A DNA stretch of 64,000 nucleotides from an uncultured Acidimicrobiia bacterium. Lineage in GTDB: Bacteria; Acidobacteriota; Terriglobia; Versatilivoradales; Versatilivoraceae. The notes beneath the pieces are model-generated. The model did not search any database. It was not told where the DNA came from and saw only the letters and a list, made by a program, of their open reading frames with translations. Positions 57,183-64,000 of this stretch are shown one piece after another. The position numbers and the translations under genes were made by a program. Where the stretch lies: positions 1,280,001 through 1,344,000 of the forward strand of contig CAWBAT010000005.1 in the NCBI GenBank assembly GCA_963786955.1, given 5' to 3'. How positions within the stretch are numbered: position 1 is the stretch's first letter; every line of letters begins with the position of its first letter.

Positions 57183-59918
57183 TTAGAAAGTTCGCCCTAC
57201 AGTGAATTTAAACCCCCTGGTCTTCTGGGTGGGATCGTTTGAATAATAATTGTCGCGAAGCGGATAAGGCAGTCCGCCTTCAGGTCGAATAAAGAAACTA
57301 TTCAGGATGAGTGGGTCCCAAAAGTAAATCAAGCGAAAGGGTGCATTGACCACGGGAAGGATCACTTGGAATTCCAAACCCGTGCTGGCCCGCCACATGG
57401 TCGTGACCGGAATGATTGGAAGAGGCTCTCCCGCAGTGTAGGGAACGAAAGCGCCGTTTTCGAACTTATAGAAATTTCCAGCCGATTCAGGTGCCAGTTT
57501 CAGTGAGGATTGCCGCGCGACCCAGGATTTCCCAATATCTAAGAATGGGGCCATCGTGACAGGTCCCATAATGGGGATTCGGTATTCGATGTTAAATACG
57601 ACTTGGGAGTCTCCGCCCACTAGATAGGGGAACGTAGTGTAGAACGGCACACTTTGCACGGTGGCTCCACCGGTCTGTGGATCAATCACCGGATTTCCAT
57701 AGGGATCCTTGACAATACCGTTAACAAAGGTTTTGGTGGTCACTTGTGCTCGGGGACTGATCGTCCTGAAATCAAACCCGCGTATGCTGTCTTCCCCACC
57801 GGTATAGAAACGGCTATAGATGGGGGGTTGTAACCCGCCATAACCGGTGATGAATGAGTAAAGACCGCGGATGCCAAGAGTGTTTCTGCGCTTATTCATC
57901 GGTCTGAAATACTTTGCCTCTACAAAGGGCTCGATGAATCTAACGTCTCCCCCAATTCCCGCCATTCGCAGGAGGAAGGTGACATTCTTCCCGGATCTCG
58001 GCGAATAGGGGTTATCGACGGTGCTGTAGGTTAGGGTTGGAGAGATAATACTCTGCAAAACCCCTTGATAAGTCCCGATACCGGTAAATGTATCGGTGAA
58101 CTGAAAGGCGGTATAAAAAGCCTGATTTTGCGCCGAGGGGAAAACAGTATAAGTTCTTTCCATCGTATAACTCAGCCCGAAGCGTGTGAACGGTCTGACT
58201 GGTTTACTCCCAAAAAGGGTGAATCCCCTGCTGTTTTGGGAAAATAATTCATTCCCGATGGGTTGGTAACCATAATATCCCTGAAATTGGTCGCCTTCGC
58301 GGTAGCTGTATTTACGATAATAAACACTGAAGCCCGTTGTCAGCGGACGATTCCTAAAATAAGGCTCGGTAAAACTAAGTACGTAGGCCGAGTAGCGCGT
58401 TCCTCCCTGGAGCTGGACATCCAGGGTTTCACCGTACCCCATGAGATTATTTGTAGAGTAGTTGACCCCCAGGAAGCTGCCGCCAATGCCGCTGACACCG
58501 CCCGACAATCCTATCGAGTTCTTGCCTTTTTCCTTCACCTTCAGGGTCACATCGACATAGTACTTGCCATCGGATGGATCCGGTTTGGGTTCTGGCTTAA
58601 CCTCCGCATCTTCCTGTTTCAGGACATCAAAATAACCCAGTTGATTGAGGCGGAGCAGGCTGATATCAAATAATTGCGTATTGTAAATTTCGCCTTCAGT
58701 GAGGAGCATTTCTCTGCGAATCACTTTGTCGCGTGTTGTGGTGTTCCCGACAAATTCCAGGCGGCGAAGGTAGTATTGATTCCCTTCTTCGAAGTCAAAA
58801 ACAATGTTAACCGTATGATTCTCTTCATCATAATCCTGACGAGGAATGGGAGTCCAGTTGATATAACCCCTGGACCCGTAGATCTTCTTCAGATTCTCAA
58901 ACCCCTTCCGGATCAGTTCGCCATTGAATACTTCACCCTGCTGCATTCCAAACACACGGACCAATTGGTCTTTGGTGAAGAGATTATTTCCCGTGAAATT
59001 GATTTCACCGACGCGATACTGTTTCCCTTCTTCAAGGGGGATGTCAATGAAGACCCGTTTCCCTTTGGTAGACTTGAATGGAATCGGGAAGAAAGACATG
59101 CTGTTCACGTCTCTGACGTCTACTTTGGGGTCCTCAATGAGGAGTTTAATATACCCTTTTTCGTTGTACTTCGCCCTTACTCCCATCTCGAGTGAGGCTT
59201 CAAGCTTGTTTCGGTCGAAAGTAGATTTTCCGCTAAACATGGAGATTAAGCTCGTTTGTTTGATGTACTTCATGGATTTGCGGAGTTCTTTGGATGAATA
59301 GACCGTATTCCCGTGGAAATTAATTTTCTCAACCTTTACCTTGGGACCTTCGTTAATCAGAAAAGTGACGGCTTTGGAGTTTGGGGGGATATCAGTGGCT
59401 TCGTATTTGATCTCGGCATATTGCCGGCCTTTTTCGGCCAGCAGATCTGACAAAACGGTGATCGCACGGGAAATCTTATTCGGATCGAAAGGGGTTTCAA
59501 TTCCCAGGTTAACTTTCTTATCCTTGTATTTATCGAGAACTTCGGTATTGGTGGCCGACTTAAGCCCTTTGTAAGTAATGCTTCGAATGAGAGGTTTCTC
59601 TTTAACCCAGAAAATCACAATCTTGCCTGTTTTGCCTTGCTCCAAGGTGATCGACAAGTCATCAAAAAACCCCTGTGCCCAGACAGTCTTAAAATCCCGG
59701 CGAAGGATGGCGGGGTCAAATCGCCCGTTCTTCTGGGAAATGATGTGAAATCGGACAGTGTCCTGAGGGACACGGCGTGTCCCTCTAATCTCGATATTCT
59801 CAATCAATTCATCACCCTCAGCCAGAGAAGGCGAAGTGTAAAGAGAGTATGTGAAAATAGACAGGACAGAAATGACAAGGGTAAGAATACCCTTTCTCAG
59901 CATCAAAAGAGCCTCCAC
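57183..59918 (-). CDS. bamA: Outer membrane protein assembly factor BamA
   Basis: POTRA repeats (GNTTTRDKVIRRE, LNQLGYF), IRGF motif, C-terminal FTVGRTF. Confidence 0.93.
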   Translation of the reverse strand: MEALLMLRKGILTLVISVLSIFTYSLYTSPSLAEGDELIENIEIRGTRRVPQDTVRFHIISQKNGRFDPAILRRDFKTVWAQGFFDDLSITLEQGKTGKIVIFWVKEKPLIRSITYKGLKSATNTEVLDKYKDKKVNLGIETPFDPNKISRAITVLSDLLAEKGRQYAEIKYEATDIPPNSKAVTFLINEGPKVKVEKINFHGNTVYSSKELRKSMKYIKQTSLISMFSGKSTFDRNKLEASLEMGVRAKYNEKGYIKLLIEDPKVDVRDVNSMSFFPIPFKSTKGKRVFIDIPLEEGKQYRVGEINFTGNNLFTKDQLVRVFGMQQGEVFNGELIRKGFENLKKIYGSRGYINWTPIPRQDYDEENHTVNIVFDFEEGNQYYLRRLEFVGNTTTRDKVIRREMLLTEGEIYNTQLFDISLLRLNQLGYFDVLKQEDAEVKPEPKPDPSDGKYYVDVTLKVKEKGKNSIGLSGGVSGIGGSFLGVNYSTNNLMGYGETLDVQLQGGTRYSAYVLSFTEPYFRNRPLTTGFSVYYRKYSYREGDQFQGYYGYQPIGNELFSQNSRGFTLFGSKPVRPFTRFGLSYTMERTYTVFPSAQNQAFYTAFQFTDTFTGIGTYQGVLQSIISPTLTYSTVDNPYSPRSGKNVTFLLRMAGIGGDVRFIEPFVEAKYFRPMNKRRNTLGIRGLYSFITGYGGLQPPIYSRFYTGGEDSIRGFDFRTISPRAQVTTKTFVNGIVKDPYGNPVIDPQTGGATVQSVPFYTTFPYLVGGDSQVVFNIEYRIPIMGPVTMAPFLDIGKSWVARQSSLKLAPESAGNFYKFENGAFVPYTAGEPLPIIPVTTMWRASTGLEFQVILPVVNAPFRLIYFWDPLILNSFFIRPEGGLPYPLRDNYYSNDPTQKTRGFKFTVGRTF

Positions 59919-59997
59919 AAATACATTTCACGATGGCGAGTAGGCACAAATCTCTCCGTAGTTTCTGGACTATCTCTTTGATGCAAGAAATGGGGAA

Positions 59998-62436
59998 CTA
60001 TTTGTATAAGAGAGAGGTTTCAATAATTGATTTCTTCAGATCACGATAATAGAGTCCTTTATCCACTTCGTAGATCTCCAGTTCCGAGCCAGGCGCGACA
60101 TCGCCCTGGATCAGAGCTTCGGATAAAGGGTCCTCCACGTATCGCTGCAGAGCCCTACGCAATGGCCGAGCACCATAAGATCTATCTTGGCAGGTCTTGT
60201 CTAGGATCCAGCGCTTGGCATCGGGTGTGAGGGTAATTTTAACGTTCTTTGAAACCATACTTTCGTTGATTTGAATGACCAGCAGATCGACTATTTTCTC
60301 CAAATCCTCATCAGTTAACGAATTGAAGACAATGATCTCATCCAAACGATTGATGAATTCCGGGTTGAACGCCTTCTTAACTTCAGCGGTTACCAGCTCT
60401 TCCATTTTCTGCTGAGTGGATTCTTCGCTCGACCCGTGAAACCCTAGCTGGTGACGCTTTTCAAGAAAACGGGCCCCGAGGTTGGAAGTCATGATGACGA
60501 TCGTATTCTTGAAGTCGATCGTGTTGCCGAGACCATCAGTCAACTGGCCGTCTTCAAAGACCTGCAGCAAGATGTTAAAAACATCGGGGTGAGATTTTTC
60601 AATCTCATCCAGCAGAACAACCGAATAAGGATTTCTTTTGACTCTTTCGGTTAACTGCCCCCCCTCTTCATAACCAACGTATCCCGGGGGAGAGCCGATA
60701 AATTTGGATACGGAGTGCTTTTCCATATATTCCGACATATCAAACCGGATCAGCGCCTTTTCCGTGCCGAATAAGAAATGGGCCAGCATGCGGGCGACCT
60801 CAGTTTTGCCGACCCCCGTCGGTCCCAGGAAGAGAAAGGATCCAACCGGTCGGTTGGGATTCTTTAAACCCGCCCGTGATCGACGAATAGCCCGTGCCAA
60901 TGCGCTAATCGCTTTATCCTGGCTGATAATCCGCCGATGCAGATGCTCTTCAATCCGCATCAACTTGAGCATTTCTTCTTCTTTGATTGAGGTCACCGGA
61001 ATGCCCGTCCACTTGGCGACGACGTTTTCAATATCCTCTTTCGTGACCATGCCAATGGAATTATCTGTCAGGTTAAATTTCTCTTTGACCGACCGAAGTG
61101 TTTCTAACGCCAGCCGTTCTTCATTCTTATAAATTTCAGCTTTTTCAAACTCATGATTGGAGATGGCCGATTCCATGTGAGAAACAATCACTTTGATTTT
61201 CTTCTGAATCTCGGTCATTTCCTTTGGGAGCCTATCCTGACGAAGTTTCACCCGTGCCCCAGCTTCGTCGATTAAATCGATTGCCTTGTCGGGCAGAAAA
61301 CGGTCAGGAATGTAGCGACTCGAATGATGTACGGAGGTTTCAATCGCTTCGTTTGTATACGACACCAAGTGAAACTTCTCATAACGTTCCTTCACCCCGT
61401 TCAGAATCCGAATCGATTCAGATTCGTTGGGAGGAGGAACCTTGACGGCTTGGAACCGCCGCTCCAAAGAGCGGTCTTTCTCGATCGACTTGCGATACTC
61501 CGCCGGGGTCGTCGCGCCGATACATTGAACTTCACCACGGCTCAAAGCGGGTTTCAAGATGTTGGCTGCATCGAGGGATCCTTCCGCGGACCCCGCACCC
61601 ACCAGAGTATGCAATTCGTCAATGAATACAATGGCATTGGGGTTCTCAATGAGTTCCTTCATGATCGTCTTCAAGCGTTCTTCAAACTGTCCACGATACT
61701 TAGTCCCAGCCACGATCAATGACAGATCCAAAGCAAGAATTCGCTTGTCGGCCAAATAGCTTGGCACATCGCCATCCACGATCTTTTGAGCCAGTCCTTC
61801 CACGATGGCTGTTTTGCCGACGCCTGGTTCTCCAATCAGAACCGGGTTGTTCTTTGTTCTTCGGCACAGGATTTGAATGCAACGTTCAAGCTCATTTTCT
61901 CTTCCAACCAGCGGGTCCAATGAATTTTCGGCCGCCAATTGAGTGAGATCACGGCTGAATTCAGCCAACAATGGGGTGTCCTTCGATCGAGCGGCCGCCG
62001 GTTTTTCCGACTGCGTTCGCATGAGTTCCTCCCGGACTGTATTTAACCGTAACCCGCGCTCATGCAAGATCTCGGCTGCCAGGCACTTGTCCTCGCGTAG
62101 GATTCCAAGCAGAAGATGTTCTGTCCCAATGTGGCGGTGACGCAACCGTTCTGCTTCATCTGCCGAAAAAGCCAGGATTCGTTTGCACTCTGCACTTAGA
62201 GGTAAGTCTATGGAAGTAGATACTTTCTCCCTAATAATCGTTCGCCCTTCGATCTCCTTTTTGATGGATTCAATAGAGGAATGCGAGCGAAGGAACCGGT
62301 TCGTCAGGCTCTTGTCCTCTCGCATCAAGCCCAAAAGTAAGTGCTCGGTTTCGATTGAAGGACTCCCATACTGGCTTGCCTCGTACCGGGCAAAGAAAAT
62401 AACTCGGCGTGCCTTTTCAGTATAGCGTTCAAACAT
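59998..62436 (-). CDS. clpC: ATP-dependent Clp protease ATP-binding subunit (ClpC-like)
   Basis: MFERYTEKARR, GEPGVGKT, UVR-like middle segment, GPTGVGKT, GARPLRR. Confidence 0.92.
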   Translation of the reverse strand: MFERYTEKARRVIFFARYEASQYGSPSIETEHLLLGLMREDKSLTNRFLRSHSSIESIKKEIEGRTIIREKVSTSIDLPLSAECKRILAFSADEAERLRHRHIGTEHLLLGILREDKCLAAEILHERGLRLNTVREELMRTQSEKPAAARSKDTPLLAEFSRDLTQLAAENSLDPLVGRENELERCIQILCRRTKNNPVLIGEPGVGKTAIVEGLAQKIVDGDVPSYLADKRILALDLSLIVAGTKYRGQFEERLKTIMKELIENPNAIVFIDELHTLVGAGSAEGSLDAANILKPALSRGEVQCIGATTPAEYRKSIEKDRSLERRFQAVKVPPPNESESIRILNGVKERYEKFHLVSYTNEAIETSVHHSSRYIPDRFLPDKAIDLIDEAGARVKLRQDRLPKEMTEIQKKIKVIVSHMESAISNHEFEKAEIYKNEERLALETLRSVKEKFNLTDNSIGMVTKEDIENVVAKWTGIPVTSIKEEEMLKLMRIEEHLHRRIISQDKAISALARAIRRSRAGLKNPNRPVGSFLFLGPTGVGKTEVARMLAHFLFGTEKALIRFDMSEYMEKHSVSKFIGSPPGYVGYEEGGQLTERVKRNPYSVVLLDEIEKSHPDVFNILLQVFEDGQLTDGLGNTIDFKNTIVIMTSNLGARFLEKRHQLGFHGSSEESTQQKMEELVTAEVKKAFNPEFINRLDEIIVFNSLTDEDLEKIVDLLVIQINESMVSKNVKITLTPDAKRWILDKTCQDRSYGARPLRRALQRYVEDPLSEALIQGDVAPGSELEIYEVDKGLYYRDLKKSIIETSLLYK

Positions 62437-63145
62437 TGGTTTGATTGACGACGTGCAAAAATCCGTTTTCTAACCGAAGAATTCTGTTACATCTCAAAGC
62501 TATATTAGCATTGTGTGTTGCCAGGATGGAAGTAAGATTTTTCTCTTGCTGGATTTTACGAAATAGCTCGAATACCCTCAGCCCTGTTTGGGTGTCGAGA
62601 CTTCCAGTGGGTTCATCTGCCAGGATTAGCGCTGGATTATTGACCAAAGACCGGGCAATCGCAACCCGTTGTTGCTCCCCTCCGGATAACTCACCGGGAC
62701 GATGTCTCAACCGGTCGCCTAAGCCTACCAGGGTGAGCAATTCTATTCCCAAAGCCTCGTCTGCCGGATCACCGGCAATAATCCGCGGCATGAGCACGTT
62801 TTCCAGTGCCGTAAATTCCGGCAGGAGGTTGTGAAACTGAAAAATAAACCCAATAGAATGTCGTCGAAACTCAGCAAGGGCCTCCGAGTCCAGGCAATAA
62901 ATGTCGGTTTCCCCAAAATAAACAGACCCGTTGCTAGGACGATCCAAAGCACCAAGAATGTGCAACAAAGTACTCTTTCCGGAGCCAGATTCTCCTACGA
63001 TTGCGATCATCTCGCCTCGATGAGCCGTCAGATCAATCCCTTTCAGGATTTCTAATGGCTCCCCAGTGTTCCGGAACGTCTTCCTTATATCCGTGGCTCT
63101 TACAACATCGGCTATTCGAGAGGGATGATTGTGCTGTTCTGACAT
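62429..63145 (-). CDS. lolD: Lipoprotein-releasing ABC transporter ATP-binding protein
   Basis: GESGSGKST, FQFHNLLPEFTALENV, LSGGEQQRVAIAR. Confidence 0.88.
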   Translation of the reverse strand: MSEQHNHPSRIADVVRATDIRKTFRNTGEPLEILKGIDLTAHRGEMIAIVGESGSGKSTLLHILGALDRPSNGSVYFGETDIYCLDSEALAEFRRHSIGFIFQFHNLLPEFTALENVLMPRIIAGDPADEALGIELLTLVGLGDRLRHRPGELSGGEQQRVAIARSLVNNPALILADEPTGSLDTQTGLRVFELFRKIQQEKNLTSILATHNANIALRCNRILRLENGFLHVVNQTNV

Positions 63146-63147
63146 AC

Positions 63148-64000
63148 CTACTCATACCTCAAGGCCTCGACCGGATCGAGGGTTGCCGCTTTCTTGGAAG
63201 GATAAATTGTGGCCAAAAGGCTAATCACAATAGCAGCCATTGCCACCCAAAGCCCGTCCCAAGGGTTTGTCTTAAATGGGACATGTGAAATTGAGTAGAC
63301 GTCGGTCTCCAATCTTATTAACTCATACTTATCGCAAACCCAACAGGTTAAGTTCCCCAGAATCGATCCCAACACCGATCCCAATAGCCCAATGACCAAG
63401 CCTTGAAAAACAAAGATCTTACGAATTTGATTTTGCGTTGCCCCCATTGAGATCAAGACCGCGATATCCCGGCTCTTCTCCATCACCATCATGATCAACA
63501 CCGTAATGATATTTAAGGCGGCCACGAACACAATCAGCCCGATCGTGATAATCATGACCAATTTCTCCATCTTGAGAGCATGAAAAATGGATTGGTACTG
63601 CTCAATCCAGTCTTTGGTCACGAAATCTGAACCGACGACCTTCAGAATTTTCTCGGAAATACTCTTGACCTGATAAATATCGGACACTTTGCATTCGATC
63701 AGAGAGACTAGTTCTCCCGTTCCGAATAGTCGTTGGGCCGAAGCCAAAGATGTAAACCCCCAGGAAGAGTCGAAGTCATATAATCCCGAGGAAAAGATGG
63801 CGACGACCTTCAGACGCTTTCTCACCGGAAGAGTTCCGATGGGTGACAACTCCCCTTCGTCGCTGATGACGGACACGTAATCGCCGACAAAAGTGCCTAT
63901 TTTCTTGGCCAGTTCATCTCCTAAAGCAATGCGATCTTTGACGGGATCATCTTTTGTGGCCACCAGGTCCTTGAGATTTCCTGATTTGATTTCAAAAAAA
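63148..64000 (-). CDS. Lipoprotein-releasing ABC transporter permease LolC/E (5' end outside window)
   Basis: LIVFVAALNI..L.M.V.EK..DIA.L..MGA, ATIYPS..A..LDPVEALRYE. Confidence 0.88.
   Translation of the reverse strand, partial: FFEIKSGNLKDLVATKDDPVKDRIALGDELAKKIGTFVGDYVSVISDEGELSPIGTLPVRKRLKVVAIFSSGLYDFDSSWGFTSLASAQRLFGTGELVSLIECKVSDIYQVKSISEKILKVVGSDFVTKDWIEQYQSIFHALKMEKLVMIITIGLIVFVAALNIITVLIMMVMEKSRDIAVLISMGATQNQIRKIFVFQGLVIGLLGSVLGSILGNLTCWVCDKYELIRLETDVYSISHVPFKTNPWDGLWVAMAAIVISLLATIYPSKKAATLDPVEALRYE

Noticed and set aside
1-64000. tRNA, rRNA, transposase, integrase or prophage genes
   Set aside because: None recognised by eye or in the ORF track; a covariance search would be needed to exclude small RNAs.

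Overview
Bacterial diderm (LPS-making) chromosome segment; gene content and synteny suggest Acidobacteriota (inference). 1-21.9 kb: + strand exopolysaccharide cluster of the exosortase-associated type (nucleotidyltransferase, deacetylases, Wzx, DegT, several GT4s, GT2, AsnB, Wzy/O-antigen ligase, VanZ-like). 22-37.6 kb: secreted proteins around FemAB-like, UDP-glucuronate decarboxylase, exosortase and EpsI genes. Three secreted proteins start with an Fn3 domain that appears to lack its first (A) strand, and four end in a free Pro-rich A-strand-like tail (PxPPxN[LV]x-like). An adjacent dockerin/cohesin gene pair is part of this set. I propose these form a modular extracellular scaffold assembled by strand complementation. 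37.8-47.2 kb: - strand amino-sugar/peptidoglycan recycling cluster (wecB, murA, nagA, murQ, SIS protein, NagZ-serine hydrolase fusion) with REP mosaics between genes. 47.3-48.3 kb: DedA-rhodanese with an in-frame UGA in a CxU motif (probable selenoprotein). 51.3 kb: structured ncRNA candidate. 52.5-64 kb: lpxI-lpxA-fabZ-skp-(beta-propeller)-bamA-clpC-lolD-lolC/E envelope operon. All calls are from motif recognition by eye; no searches were run.
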